Shown here one piece after another: positions 50,764 through 64,000 of a DNA stretch of 64,000 nt. The position numbers and the translations under genes are program-made. Origin of the DNA: Narcine bancroftii (Eukaryota); assembly GCF_036971445.1 (NCBI RefSeq), contig NC_091481.1:12462001-12526000 (forward strand), in the 5' to 3' direction. The notes beneath the pieces are model-generated. The model saw only the letters and a list, made by a program, of their open reading frames with translations. It was not told the origin of the DNA and ran no database searches. Numbering within the stretch: position 1 is the first letter of the stretch; each line of letters begins with the position of its first letter.

Positions 50764-50913
50764 TTTCTGTGGCTCAAAGATTTCTGGGTTATTGTTTAGG
50801 TAACGTAGAGTTGCCAGAGAGTGCCTATGTTCCAAAAACTCAACAAATCCGTAGCCCAGAGACTGTGCATCCTTTTTTGGTTTTGCTGACTGCAGGTCCC
50901 GCATTATCCGACA
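50764..50913 (-). CDS. rbm28: RBM28 exon 15 (RRM4, RNP1)
   Basis: 150 nt, CAG/GTGAGT; CRIMRDL...QSLGYGFVEFLEHRHSLATLRYLNNNPEIFEPQK. Confidence 0.97.
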
Positions 50914-52209
50914 CTGAAGGAAAAAAAATCGTTATTTAAAAGGCATTTTATGATGCTATGGTCCCTCACCCCAAAAAAAGGCAAATAAAGCAAAAAAAAT
51001 TACTTGATTCAAAAACTATAGATTTACATAATCCCTTTCAATAATTAAAATAGTGCTATATTACTATTCACACAGGATGTGGCTTTTGCAGCCAGTACCA
51101 CACCTTAATTTTTGTTCAAGATTCCTGACAAAGGGTTCAGCCCAAAACATTGATTGCCTTTTATTTCCTATGGATGACGCGTGACCCACTGAGTTTCTCC
51201 AGCCCATTTCTAATTGTTTGCAAAAATGTGATTTGAACCACAAAGCAATGAAATGGGCAGTAATTCCCAGTGTCAACTCAGTTCAATTCCTTGTAAATGG
51301 CTATCCTTCGAATGTAATGACAGCAAAGCCATGGAGTGCACAGTACGAAAAGTAGTACCGGTAGATTCTTTCCTGTTGTTATGGTTATTGCTTTGCATTT
51401 GCACATTACAAATATTTACCTGTCACTTAACATGCCAAACCACGATACTGTCTAATTCCTGCATGCAAACTTAATTATTTCATTGCTTGAGGCACTACAC
51501 CAGGAATCAACAGAAGCCTGCCACACTCCTGCACCAGCAACACAAGTCATTTTCCTGTGCTTGGTATGTATGCCTTCAATCCACAAAGAATCTTCCCACC
51601 CACAATTTGATCTTTGATCCCATTCAAGCAAATACTGCTTTGTGGTTATGAGCGATCATATTCACCTCACCTTTGAAAGTCAACCCCTTTGTCCTTATTT
51701 GAAAGGGAACAAGGAGTTTGGCAATCCTGGCAGAATACAAACTAACCAAAACTAGTTTAATGATGATTAAATATTGTTGATCAGTTCTTCCATCACTTTA
51801 CTGATATTCAAGAAAAAGATGACTGGACTGCAACAGGCAAGACTAGATTTGCCTTTCAGTGGACAGGTCAAATCTGGAAATTTTTCTGTGTCAAGCAGAT
51901 GCCAGTCATGTACTAACATGATGGAATTAGAAATACAGCTATCTCTAGATTATAATTCTTCAATTCAACCAATGTGGCTGTAGATTATTGCCTTACTGTT
52001 TCTGGTGTTCTCAGGTATTCTTGACATCATATGCAAAGAATAAGATTAGCTGAAGAACAGATGCTGTGATAGTTAAGGGACCTTAGGCTTAGTGAAAATG
52101 GATCATCCAGTCAACTCTTCTGACTGATCTTGGTAGCACAGAGCATAGAGTGATCATTGTGTATTAAAAATGCAACTGCCAGCTTTTGAAAAAGTGTCTC
52201 AAAACATAG

Positions 52210-52688
52210 TACCATATATGTCGGTTTACTGTATTCGAATCTTAAAAATGTCACCCCAAAACCAGAGCTTATTTTATACATCAAGTATAAAATCTGAACC
52301 TTTACAGCAAAGTCTCAGCGTTCCCCCACGCCAAGTATAAAATCTGAACCTTAATCGCGAAGTTTCAACGCTCCCCAAGCCAAGTAGAAAATCTGAACAT
52401 TAGCAGTGAGCTCCCAGCACTCCCCCACAAGGTCCATCCACCCAGTCCAACTGCTGTGGGTTCTGTACAGACTTTAAACAATCTGTTAAAGTAGCCAACA
52501 GTGGTTTATTTAAAAATATGCTAATAAAATTTTAACCTTTACTGGGCAACGTGCTTTTAAAATATTGTGACAGCATCAGTCCACTGGGGAGGTCTTATAC
52601 AGTGAGTATAGCACAAAATCTATGTTTCAAGTGGAAATCCTGGGTGGTGGGGGGGGGGGGTAATCTTATACAGTCAACATATATAGTA
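52210..52688. mobile_element. Pogo/Tigger-like MITE containing a ~50-bp x3 tandem repeat (52282-52428)
   Basis: TACCATATATGTCGG / CAACATATATAGTA ends; three CAAGTAWAAAATCTGAAC-initiated units. Confidence 0.55.
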
Positions 52689-52886
52689 TTTTATCAACAC
52701 TGTTAATAAAATGGGATTTAATGGGATTGCTACCCAAGCTCCTTCTCTCAAGCAATATCACTGCAAACAGAATGTTGATTTGGAGTTATGGCCTCCCTTT
52801 GTCAAGTTTCCAGACCAATGTGGGTCTTCATGCCTGTGCATTCCTCTCTCCTCAACACCATGAATATAAGCACCACCAGCTCTTAC

Positions 52887-53042
52887 CTCCTTTATCCGTG
52901 CTTCCTTCGAACCAGCGGCCTGTGAGCAAAGTTTCCAAAGCTGTTGATCAGTCACTGATTTTGGAATGTTGTGGATGCATAGCCTTGTTGGCGAGACAAA
53001 AATATTCACATCCTTCAGCTTGTGCCGTTTAAGTTCCTCAAA
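52887..53042 (-). CDS. rbm28: RBM28 exon 14 (start of RRM4)
   Basis: 156 nt, TAG/GTAAG; [30 protein letters not shown]...RIKE. Confidence 0.97.
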
Positions 53043-53432
53043 CTAAACACAAAGTAAGTGTGGAGTTAGCCTTGCTTCAAACTTGTGCCTGTTTTGAAAG
53101 AATGGTTATTTGTAGAGGAGAGCATGAATGAATGGTCATAATAGCAGTGTACTAGAGCTACACACACACCTTGCTTTCTTTGTTTGCATCCAGTTACTGG
53201 ATAAATTTGTATATTCTAGAAATTTGTATATTTGCCCATTGAGTAATGGTCTCCAATATACTTGACGACCTGATATTCTGTAGATGTCTTTTACTGCGCT
53301 AAACCTTGCTTGAAAGCATTCTCTCAATCTCCAGAAAACCAGCAGGAGAAAAAGAAGAAAAAATATGGTACAGTAATAGTATTTGTACAGAGGTTTTAAT
53401 TCAATTTATATTGAGATGATCAAGTAACTCAC

Positions 53433-53497
53433 CCGCATTCTCTTGGTCATGTCTGAGGCACTCACATCCTCCGCACATTTCATTCCAGCTCGAATAA
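53433..53497 (-). CDS. rbm28: RBM28 exon 13
   Basis: 65 nt, CAG/GTGAGT; (F)IRAGMKCAEDVSASDMTKRMR; phases 1/0. Confidence 0.95.
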
Positions 53498-54124
53498 CTG
53501 AAAAGAACAAGAAGTAAGCTTCTTAAATCCAATTACATCGTAGATGAATGGGAAAAAAAATCAAAAGCCACAGACATGTGCACCAGAGATCTTTTCCCAT
53601 AATGTACAAAAATAGATAATCTTTTCTCCAACCACTTCAACGCTTTTTTTTTCCCAAATTAGATTGTCTATAAATTCCATTCCACCCTACCAATATTGTT
53701 AAATGTAAATTCTCAGGTTGCATACTGGTGCAGGACCATAGGAATATTAACTCTTTAAAAAAAGGATTTTAAATTATTTAGCACCTTTCTTAAAGCCAAA
53801 AGGTATTCTGTGATCAATGAAGATTTTTTTTTAAACCCTTGACACTGTTACTATGAAAGAAATCTGGTGATGCATTTGCATCCACCAAAGTTTTCCAAAT
53901 AACAAAATAATTGATGCTGATCAATAAATGAATATTGATCATGAGAATCCTTGAAATAGTGTCATGCCTCTCAGTTTAATTTTGCATCCAATAAAGCTCT
54001 GACTCAGATCTCTGGTGATGAATTTGAACCCCTACAAACTTGTATTTGAGGTATGATTGACATCTGATTAACAAATCTTGGCTAATCATACAGGGAATGA
54101 TCAACTCTTTCTTTGGATACTTAC

Positions 54125-54260
54125 AGCCCTCTCGAGCCAGGTACAAGTTGCGTGTTCCAGTTGGCTTGCTTGACTTTTTCTTTTGCAATATCTTGGCATC
54201 ATCACGACTGAGTGCAATAATTACATTGAGTTTCCTCCCATCTAGCCTGAGACCTCCACT
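54125..54260 (-). CDS. rbm28: RBM28 exon 12
   Basis: 136 nt, CAG/GTAAGT; [11 protein letters not shown]...[14 protein letters not shown]. Confidence 0.97.
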
Positions 54261-54359
54261 CTGAAACCCAAACATATCAAGGTTTCATCAGACTAGTGTA
54301 ACCAAAGAAAACGTATATCAACTATGACCTGGGTCACATTGACATACTGAAGTGCCAGT

Positions 54360-54565
54360 TGATGAAGTAGACAAAGACGATGTGGTCAAACAATAATCAT
54401 GGCTTTTATTAGCAGAAACTCATGGTACAATAATGAAAGACAATAGGTGCATATACAGTTATATCCAAGGGGAGTGTCCTTAACAGTAGAGATAATGCAC
54501 AGCCAATGTTAGTACAGCAAGGCTCGCCAGAGGGGAGACAGTCAGCTTGGAAGACATTCACCACA
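54360..54565. mobile_element. Candidate solo LTR
   Basis: TGATG...ACCACA ends and a GGCTTTTATT motif as in the LTR at 20619-20810; no clean TSD. Confidence 0.55.
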
Positions 54566-55041
54566 CATACATCAAGGAATCAATGAGTTATATAATAGCA
54601 AAGCAGAGGATGAATGGTTAACAAGCAAGGATACAGTTTAGGAAGCAATTGAGTATCAGGGGATATAAATGGCATTCCACCAACGAAGATGTGGAGGATC
54701 ACATAACAATAAGGTAGAGTGCAAGATATCCCTCAGGTGAAATGAGACAAGGTCATCATTACAGAAGATTATGACATCTTTCTGTCTGCTTCATTGAAAT
54801 ACAAGACTAGAAGAATTTAAATTAAAAAAAAAGACATACAGCATGGTAATAGGCTATTTTAACCCACGAGTCCGTGCTGCCCAATTAACTAACCTACAAC
54901 CCCGGTGTGTTTCAAACGATGGAGAAAAGTTTATGTATCTCTTTAAAAGCTTTTTATATTATTTGTATCTTCATATAAGTTTTATATCTCTATTATACAG
55001 TAAATACTTTGTCATTCATTGTTATGAAAGTCTTAATGCAA

Positions 55042-55199
55042 AGCTACAATATCCCAAATTTCGATCTCTTTCATCCAACAAATCCAACTCTGTGGCTGTT
55101 ACTTTATCTGTTTTATCAATGAATTAAAACTACATAAAGTAATAGCCACAGAGTTGGATTTGTTGGATGAAAGAGACTGAAATTTGGGATATCGTAGCT
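55042..55199. repeat. Long inverted repeat with ~74-bp arms and a 9-nt loop
   Basis: Arms 55042-55115 and 55125-55199 are reverse complements, with a 33-bp perfect core. Confidence 0.95.
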
Positions 55200-56645
55200 C
55201 ATGCTTTGGAAGATGATACTCTGAAATTAGGATATATTAGAATAAAGAAAGTGTCATCTACAGGACTAACAATCCGGAAAGCCAAATTCAAATCCCACCC
55301 AAGAATTGCAGGAATTTGAATTAAATTAGTAATCCGAATTAAAAGCAAGACAATCCATGATGACCACAAAAAGCACAATAACCCAGTTAGTACCTAACCT
55401 TTTATCTGGGATTCTGAACACCACATTCCTCCAAAAACAGACACTTTATTCAATAGTGAAAACAACTAACCACCTTGCTCCTAGCACCAACCACCCCCCC
55501 TCCCGCCCCCCCATCCCAAACTTGCACCACTCAATGTCACCAAAACTAAGGAGCTGATTGTTGATTTCAGGAACAATCCAGTGATCATTGGGGGAAATCA
55601 GAGGTGGAGAGGGTGAGCAAATTTAAGCTCTCAGGAATCACAATCTCGGAGGATCTTTCCTGGACCCAACACACCAATGGCACCATGAAGAAAGTACGTC
55701 AGTGCCTCTACTTCCTAGGAGTTTGCGGAGGTTTGCTATGACATTGGAAACCCTGGAAATTTCTACAGAGGTCTGGTGGAAAGTGTGCTGACCAGCTGCA
55801 TCACTGACTAGTATGGGAATACCAATACCCCTGAGCGTAAAGCCCTCCAAAAAGCTAGTGGACACAGCACAGGACATCACAGGCAAAACCCTCTCTATTA
55901 TTCAGTACATCTACAGGGAACACTGCCTTAGGAGAGCAGCAGCAATCATCAAAGATCCACACCACGCCCACCCCCCAGAACATGCTGTTCTTGTTGCTGC
56001 CATCAGGAAGGAGATATAGGTGCCATCACCAGCTTCAGGAACACCCCTCCACCATCAGACTCCTCACTGACAAACTCAGAGATTCATTAAAGGACTCCGA
56101 CCTGTGCTCTTTATTTTCTTTTTGTTCTCTCTGTATTGCACATTGTTATATTTGTTATCTGTTTACAGTTCTTTGTTTATATATGTACATTGTATATAGT
56201 TTATTTTTTGCACAACCAATTTGTGGTAGTTCTGCCGCACCCACAGGAAAAAAGAATCTCAGGTTTGTATGTGATATTATGTATGTACTCTCAATAAATC
56301 TGAATGGTTGCATGGAATTTACTTGTTGCTCCCTTATCAATGCATTGAATGGGCTTTCCTCCCCTGGCTTATGGAAATGACTGGAGCTTTGCAGAATACT
56401 ACCAATGAATGAAAAAAACCCATTATTCAAATGATAGGTTTTTGATTTCTTGTTTTAAAAGGCCATAAAAGAATGGAGGAAGAGAAGGAAGAAGAGGAAT
56501 GGCAATCCACATAGAGGAATGGGAATCCACATGCTCCTCGGAGTGAGAGATTCAGAGATGGAACAGTGATATATACATTTATCGTTACGAGGCAAGCCAC
56601 TGCGAGGGAGTGATATTGTACTTCGGGTAAAGACAAGCTCCTCAC

Positions 56646-56719
56646 CTCACACTGGCTGTCTGCTGCTTCTAAACACTTCTGGGCTGATTCTTTTGTCACA
56701 TACTGGGCAAAGGCACAAC
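56646..56719 (-). CDS. rbm28: RBM28 exon 11 (RRM3, RNP1)
   Basis: 74 nt, CAG/GTGAG; (G)CAFAQYVTKESAQKCLEAADSQCE. Confidence 0.96.
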
Positions 56720-56889
56720 CTGCAACAAAAGGAAACTTAGTGTTTGTGAAAAGTAAAAGATCCAACAAGACAAATCAACTTTGCTGTTCCACATTTCCTT
56801 TTCGTGCTGTCCTCTTCAAGCACATTGAATCAATGCCAGCCACAGAGCTCTTCCAGACTATTTTTATACTTATGGTCAGTTTTCAAATT

Positions 56890-57590
56890 ATATTCTTTAT
56901 CAATTTTTTTTTTTGTCCTTTGCTGAGGACTAAAATGCTCCCAATCCTCAGTCTTACTCTTATTTCTAGCAATTTTATAATAACCTCTTTCTTGAATTTA
57001 ATACTAATTTTAATGTCTTCCTTCAGGTATAGATCCCTTTTCCTGCTACAATTTTTGTGCCCGAATTCCTTTTTACATACCATGCATTATTCTTTTAAAT
57101 GCTACCATCTACCTAAACCATGTACCATTTGCATCATACCTTTTCATGTCGTTTCCTGATCAACCACAGCCAACTTGCCCCTCATACATCCATAATTTCC
57201 TTTGTTTTATTTGAAATCCCCATTTTAGATTGAACCATATAATTTTCAAACTCAATGTAACATTTTTAACATAATGTAGTCACAATTTTGAAAAACCCTT
57301 TTTATAACACAATTATTAATTCAGTCTCAAATACATTGAGATGCAAATTAGTTTCCTAATTTTTTCCTCACCACATTGATCTAGAAAATCATTTATATGC
57401 ATTCTTTGAATTCATCCTTTATCTTAATTTCATTAATCAGTTTATAGATAGATTTCAATTCACATTTACTGCTTTTGCCTGTTACATGCACTGCTAATTT
57501 ACTTACTTATACCATTGTCAATATTGTAACTACATTTCACAACCCTCCAATTTGACATCAACTCACATAATACTGCCCTGCATTTAAAGG
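56890..57590 (-). mobile_element. Highly degenerate L1/Tx1 ORF2 fragment
   Basis: AT-rich stretch whose reverse complement resembles the L1 3' region at 41850-42600. Confidence 0.45.
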
Positions 57591-57689
57591 TGATCTCGAC
57601 TTTAAATCCACAAGGCCTTCCTAGTCACTGCACCTCAGGTCCTTTGCTAGTTTCCAGCATCAACAACTCAAGAAAGAGTCAGTGAATTG

Positions 57690-59130
57690 TACAGCATGAA
57701 ACAGGGCCTTTGGCCTAACTCATCCATACCAAGAAGGCATTCTGGGTAGCTCCAATTGTCTGCATTTGTTCAATATCCTTATAAACCCTTCCAATCCATA
57801 AAAAACTCCAAATGTCTTTTGAATTACAGTTTTGTGCCTGATTCTACAGTTTCCTCTGGCAGCTCATTCCAAATATGGACCACCCTCCGAGTGCGTGCTT
57901 CAGGTCCCTTTCAAATCTATCCCCTCTATTTTTAGAACCATCTACCCTGGGAGAAAGGATAGGAACATAGGAAGTAGGAACAGGAGTAGGCCAAAAATGG
58001 CCCATCAAGCCTGCTCCGCCATTCAATAAGATCATGGCTGATATAATTTATGACCTAACTCCACCTACCTGCCTTCTCCCCATATCCCCTAATTCCTCTA
58101 TCATGTAAAAATTTATCTAACTGAAGTTTAAATATGTCTAATGAAGCAGCCTCAACCACTTCCCTGGATAGAGAATTCCAAACATTCACTACTCTCTGGG
58201 AAAAACTATTTTTCCTCATCTCTGTCCTAAATCTACTCCCCCGAATCTTGAAACTGTCCTCTCATTTTAGTTTCCCCGGCCAGCTCAAAAAACCTTCCTA
58301 TATCTATCCTATCCATACCCTTCATAATCCTATATGTTTCTATAAGATCTCCTCTCATTCTTCTGAACTCGAGCGAATACAATCCTAGACGATTTAATCT
58401 TTCATCATAAGTCAACCCCTTCATCTCAGGGATCAACCTAGTAAACCTCCTCTGGACCACCTCCAAAGCCAGTATATCCTTCCTCAAATATGGAGACCAG
58501 AACTGGACACAGTACTCCAGGTGCGGTCTCACCAGTACCTTGATGTAAGCATTCACTTTTTCAATGGCCCTCACAATTTTATAAACCTCTATTGTGATCA
58601 GCCTCTTACACATGAGGGAATAAAGATGCAGCCTATCTAACTTTTCCCTCAATTCCTCACTGGCGTCACTAGGGGGGGGTTCTGACTGCACCAAATGACA
58701 CCATCAGAGAGGTGGTGAAACCAAAATGACCCACCCCCCCCCCCCCCCGCTCTGCGTCGCACCTCAACCTTTCTCTTCCCACCCTCCCACCCCACCCCCC
58801 CCCCACCCCACCCCACTCAGCACCACCACCGCCCTGGACATACAAGGAATACACACCCGTTTCTTCTATTCTCTGTACTTTTGTACACTCAGACCATAAG
58901 GGGGGGGGGGGAATGTTGTGACACCATGAGTTACTGTACCAGTTGACACCAACTCTAGTAATGTCACTGGAAACTCTCTAGTCCCAGAAAACCCTCACAA
59001 GACTTCTCTGCTCACCCTTTAATATACAGATGTCCTTCCTATAAGCTGGCCAACTAGAAATGGACACAGCATTCACTGCTTCTGGTCTTACCAATGCCTT
59101 GGTGCCAACTTTTGAACTCAATATTCTTTC
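57690..59130 (-). mobile_element. Older CR1 3' end with a younger CR1 (57958-58540) and a hAT-like MITE (58658-58969) nested in it
   Basis: [22 protein letters not shown]...RGDLIETY frame; (ATAGGAAC)-type tail; imperfect TIRs CACTGGCGTCACTAG / CTAGTAATGTCACTG. Confidence 0.8.
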
Positions 59131-59261
59131 TAATATCCACCACCAATCACCCTCTCACCAGCCATTAGATCATTCACGTCTCCACTATTCTTAAACTATA
59201 TAGGATTTTCATTATTCACAAATGTGAGCAATTATGCAGAGTTCTGCATCTCTTGTCTCAC

Positions 59262-59371
59262 CCTTTGAGTGCTCTGTGTCATGATGCATGACAATACGAA
59301 CATATTTCAGATCTCCAAACTGTTCCAATAGCTCTCCCAGTGAATCTTCTTCAGTGTCAAAAGAGAGATTC
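59262..59371 (-). CDS. rbm28: RBM28 exon 10 (RRM3)
   Basis: 110 nt, CAG/GTGAG; (R)[36 protein letters not shown](G). Confidence 0.97.
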
Positions 59372-59839
59372 CTGCAGGAAAAAAATGGGGTGCAAAATTG
59401 AAACATGAGATTAATCATGAGACAACAGCTGGAATCAAAAGCATAAATTCATCAAATAGGACAGAAAGAACTAAATCCAGGTGTTCCATAGAATATAGCT
59501 GGGTATGAAATGATCTATCAATGGGGTTAAGGGACTGGAGATCAAAGGGAAAAACCTTCAAGGCTCGAAAAATATGTTGCAGGCATAACCATCAAGGACC
59601 AGCTATGAAAGGCAGAGACCAAGGAGTGGGCTTGACTGCTTGAAAGAATCATAGTTTTTTCTATCCTTATTTCACTAGTATTAAAATAGTTATGGAAGGC
59701 GGCAGGAGTGGTGCTCAAATTAAAATCATAAATTGGAGGATTGCTAATTTCTATGGCATCAACCATAAACTTTAAAAAGCTGAATGGTAAAGGCTGTCTG
59801 AAGGTAAGATAGGAAAAAATTTCAGGAAAAGAAAATGTC

Positions 59840-61930
59840 TGCAACAATCAAGGGCAAGGATGTCAGGAGTAGGGAGCCCTGTTTCATGAAGGATATGGTT
59901 AGGATGTATATATTAGGTACAGGCAGCTGGTTTCAAGCAGATCCCTTGAAGGGGTTTATTGAAGGAAAAATAGGGGAGGGAAGGGTTGCAAAATACATAC
60001 AAGATGGCTTTGGCAGACAGGATAAGGAGAATCCCGAAAGATTTAACATCTATACTGTATCAAGAGCAGAGATATTTGCATACAGCCACAGCTGAGGTAC
60101 TGAAAGACTGGAAAATGGCTAATTATGTGTCTTGTGAAGAGGGGTTGCTACAGGTCAGTGAGCCTAATAATAGTGGTGGGAAAGTTACTGGTGGGGCTTC
60201 TCAGAGACGAGATCTATCAGCATTTGCAAAGACAAGCTTTGATTAGGCAGTCAACATTGCTTTGTGCATGGGAAAAAGGTGGATGTTGACAAGATCTTGC
60301 ATGGTAGACTAGGTGATAAAGGCTAGTGCAGAAAATGAGCAGAAAGTAGCTCAGTGATTGACAAAGTGGACCACAGTAGAAGAATGGATGAACTCTGCTT
60401 TTTTCTTCCCCAAATGCTAAGAGAGCCCCCCTGAGAAAAAAAATTAATAGAAGAATATTCAAATTTTTTGATAAAAGCAAGGTAGATCGTTTCCAAAAAT
60501 AAGAATAGTAACTTTGACATTGGAATTAATTTAGGATAGTCAACATAGCTGGAAAATTGTTGGTCACAATTTGATTTAGTTTCTTTTTGAAGAGGTGACC
60601 AAGAAGACTGAAGAGGGCAGGATGGTAGTCACATGGTGTCAGGTCCAAAAGGTCAGATTACCTGGGATCCAAGGCAAGCTGGCCAATTCAAGTCAAGACA
60701 CGTTTATTGACATCCGATTGTATAAGTACAACCCAACAAAACAGCAAATGGATACAGAATTGTCTTGATAGTAGGAGACAGGGTGGTAGTAGAGGGTTAC
60801 TCAGATTGGAGGCCTGTAACCAGCGGTGAGCTGCAGGGATTAGTGCAGGGTCCACTGCTATTGGTCATCTATTTTAACGTCTTGGTTGACAATGTTGTTA
60901 GCATGGTATGCAAGTTAGCAGATATCAAAAATTGGTGGTATAGTCAACACCAAGTTATTAAGGCAACAAAAAGATCTAGAACAAGTAAAGCGGGCCAAAG
61001 AATAAAGGTGGATTGTAACAAGTGTGAGGTGTTGCATTTTGGTGAGATAACCTTGTACAATAAATGGTAGACCCTTAGGGCAGCACGGCTAGTGTAGTGA
61101 TTATCACAACATTATTACAGCACCAGTGACCCCGGTTCAAATCCGGTACTGTCTGTAATGAGTTTGTACATTCTCCCCATGTCTCCTTGGGTTTCCTCTG
61201 GTGCACCAATTTCCTCCCACCCTTCAAAAAAAGTACGAGGGTTGGAGGTTAATTGGGATATGGGCTCATGGGCCAGAAGGCCAGTTACATGCTACATGTT
61301 AAAATTTAAAAATGAAAAATATTGTCATAGAACAGAGATTTAGGAGTACAGGTACAAAGTTCCTTGAAACTGGCCGCGGGGTGGTGAAGATGCTGTTTGG
61401 CATGCTTGCCTTCATTGGACAGGGGAATGAGTACAGGAGTTGGGACATCAGTTCAAGAGATGGTGAACCCATTCTTGGAATATTGTATAGAGTTCTGCTC
61501 ACCCAGCTATAGAAATATATCATGAAACTGAAAACAGTGTGTAAAAAAATTAATGAGGATGTTACTAGGACTGGAAACTTTGAGTGATATGGAGAGGCTT
61601 GATAAGATGGGATTTCTTTCCCTAGAACATGGGAAGCAGAGCGGTGACCTCATACAGGTATACAAATCATAAGGGGGAAAAGCTACTTAGTCATAGCTTA
61701 CTTTCCCACAGTACGAAGGGATAAAATAAGGGGGCACAGATTTAAAGTGAGAGGGGAAAGATTCAAAAGGACTTGAAGAGCAGGCTTTCCTACAGAGGGT
61801 TGTGAATATAGAAACGAGCTGTCAGATACAAGTTCAAGTATAAAGAGACATTTAGACAGTAATTTGGAGAGAAAAGGTTGGAGAGATAGGGCCAAAAACA
61901 GGCTTTGAATTGCTCAGTTGGGTAACTTGG
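59840..61930 (+). mobile_element. Degenerate CR1 ORF2 with nested SINE (61078-61310)
   Basis: DWKMAN, WRPVTSGELQGLVQGPLL, KCEVLHFG, GHRFKVRG remnants. Confidence 0.8.
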
Positions 61931-62282
61931 TCAACACGATGATCCTGGCCATGATTACAACCTGTTAGTTGTTTTCTGATGAGCATGAAGGATCAAGACA
62001 GAGGATTTGAACTCCTGATGAAAAGCCTCTGACTTTGATGACCACCTTTGCCCCAAATTATAGGTACATTCCCCCCAAATCTTCCCCAAGGGTTGGACAC
62101 ACAAGTGCTACTGATCTAGTAGGCTTTGGTAACTGTGCAAATACTCCTTCAAAGAAACTAGATTGTCTGCTCTTTGCAGTGTTAGAGTTTGATGCATCAC
62201 ATTGGCAGACTATATTTCAAAGTTACACAAAATTACTTTTGAATTTCTCCCCACTCTCACAAAAACAGGGTTCTATCCTGAC

Positions 62283-62364
62283 CTGATGAAGATCGTTCGC
62301 CCTTCATGCACATCCACTGGAAGAATGGACTTCCGTGACTTTTTTTTCTTCACAGACTTTTCAC
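62283..62364 (-). CDS. rbm28: RBM28 exon 9
   Basis: 82 nt, CAG/GTCAGG; (G)EKSVKKKKSRKSILPVDVHEGRTIFI(R); phases 1/2. Confidence 0.93.
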
Positions 62365-62505
62365 CTGGAAGGATAAAGATAGAATCACATAAATCTCTTG
62401 TCCCTTAGAGGTACAGATTCTGCTCAACCTTCTTTTCCGCCATTTACAAAGGTCCCAAATTTCAAATACATGTCTGAAAGAGGCTTTAGCTAGCACATCA
62501 CTCAC

Positions 62506-62642
62506 CATCTTTCTCCTCTAATTCCAGATCACTATCCTCTGAACATCCATCAATGGACACATCACTATCATCATCAGTCTCAGCATCTGACCCTCCCATT
62601 TCATCATCTGATGCCATGGCTTCCTCCTCCTCCTCCTCTGAT
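62506..62642 (-). CDS. rbm28: RBM28 exon 8 (acidic region)
   Basis: 137 nt, CAG/GTGAGT; SEEEEEEAMASDDEM...LELEEKD; phases 2/1. Confidence 0.9.
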
Positions 62643-63976
62643 CTGAAACACAATGTATTCTGATCATGGTCAAATTGGGCCAACCAATTGGTTCCTGTGA
62701 CATAGTTACAATATAATCCATAATCCAGTACATCTCATAAGCCAAAGTCTTCGCAATCAGATTTATCAGACTGTAGCATCAATTGTTGGCTGTCGTGGCA
62801 ATCTCATCTTGGAGTCAGAAAAATCTGAGCACAATAAGAATAAAGTTTTGTGCAGCTGCCATTGTTCTCTCCAAGACAGGTTAGAGGTGAGATTTAAGAA
62901 AATTGCTTAGAATTATTTAATGTGTTGAAAAAGTGGACAAAAATAAAATAGTTGAACATTAGTGATAAGTGCTAGAAAGAACTAGAACTGAATACTTATC
63001 TGAAATCACAGTTAAAAAGTTTGTCTTCAAAAGCCATGAACTCTCAATTATTCTCGTTGCTTTCCACTGGAGAGCAGCACCCAACACACACTCTGTTCTC
63101 ACTGCTACCATCAGGAAGAGGTGTAGATGCCAGAAGACTTGCACCATCAGATTCAACAACAGTTGCTACATCTCTACCATCTGACTCCTCAACGATAAAC
63201 TCAATCAGGGATTCAGTTAAGGGCTCTTATTTTTACCCTTTATTGTTATCTTTCCTCTCTGTATTGCATAATTTGGTTACATTTATATTTCATTTGTTTA
63301 ATTATGTATGTTGTGCATGTTTTGCATTGGCACTACCCATAAGTGGCAATTCTGCCTTACCCGCAGGAAAAAGAATCTCAGGGTGGCATGTCTCTGACGA
63401 TAAATCTGTAATTAGAATCAGATTAAAACCGAAAGGCAGGTTAATATGTACCCAGTTACAGGAGCGAGGGTTTTCTCGAACCACTGGGAATAGTGGTGGA
63501 CCAGTCAAGTCAGACGGCATTCTTTTCAGTTGGACTGAGACCAATGTCATAATTTTGTACACCTTAATTAACCTCCCCCACTCTGTGGAAATCCCCCCCA
63601 CCCCCCCCCCCCCCCCCACCCTGTTGTCTTTCCTATAGCTCAGAAACTCCATCCCAGGCACAAAATGATAAATCTTCTCTACATCCTACCCAGTCTAGTC
63701 TGTGATCCGAATGAGGTGGCAGAAGGATACAAGAATCAGCTTTTAGAGTGTGGATGTGGAAGCAGGGGTCATAGGAAATTAATTCAAGGTTTTCTGTTTC
63801 TGAATATTTCTTGCTGTAAAGTTAACAATGAACACAACTAACTAAACTGTTCATTTCCTTTGGTTCATTTTCTTGTGACACCAATGATGGGACGGTCTCT
63901 TTTTGAAGGACAGGAGATCCTAGAGGCATGGATAGGGAATCAATCCTTGGAACAATTAACATATATGCTCATTTAC

Positions 63977-64000
63977 CTTTTCATGGGTGCTGTTTTCTGA
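63977..64000 (-). CDS. rbm28: RBM28 exon 7, 3' end (partial, runs off the window)
   Basis: ...QKTAPMK(R) then AG/GTAAAT donor; phase 2 matches exon 8. Confidence 0.7.

Noticed and set aside
58733-58835. G-quadruplex-forming C/G runs (also ~32870, ~49690, ~63595)
   Set aside because: Mostly homopolymer expansions inside or beside TEs; no evidence of function and lengths are error-prone.
61078-61150. tRNA gene
   Set aside because: A/B-box-like head continues into SINE body and tail; no intact cloverleaf.
63021-63638. 205-aa plus-strand ORF
   Set aside because: Runs through a Rex1-like 3' end and a poly-C tract; non-ATG start, antisense within an RBM28 intron.

Overview
Vertebrate genomic DNA, about 38-40% GC by eye and rich in transposable elements. 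The repeat landscape (HE1/V-SINE-like SINEs, CR1, L1/Tx1, Rex1/Babar, Penelope-like elements) points to a cartilaginous fish, probably a ray; this is inference. Two genes are convergent. The last coding exon of a leptin (lep) gene is at 350-757 (+). The 3' part of RBM28 is on the minus strand at 39527->64000: 12 complete coding exons plus one partial, all GT-AG and phase-consistent. This is the same tail-to-tail LEP-RBM28 arrangement as in mammals. The 38 kb spacer and the introns hold decayed Gypsy, L1, CR1, Rex1, Penelope, Tigger, hAT and Chapaev-like elements. Most interesting observations: (1) this leptin does not end at the conserved C-terminal Cys, has four Cys in this exon, and has a phase-compatible candidate downstream exon that would add a tail with an RKKR site; (2) fold-back Penelope-derived elements carry minimal hammerhead-ribozyme motifs, mostly with a U3 core variant; (3) a three-layer nested Penelope>L1>CR1 insertion and several strong hairpins lie in RBM28 introns. 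TE boundaries are approximate and family names are pattern recognition, not database hits.
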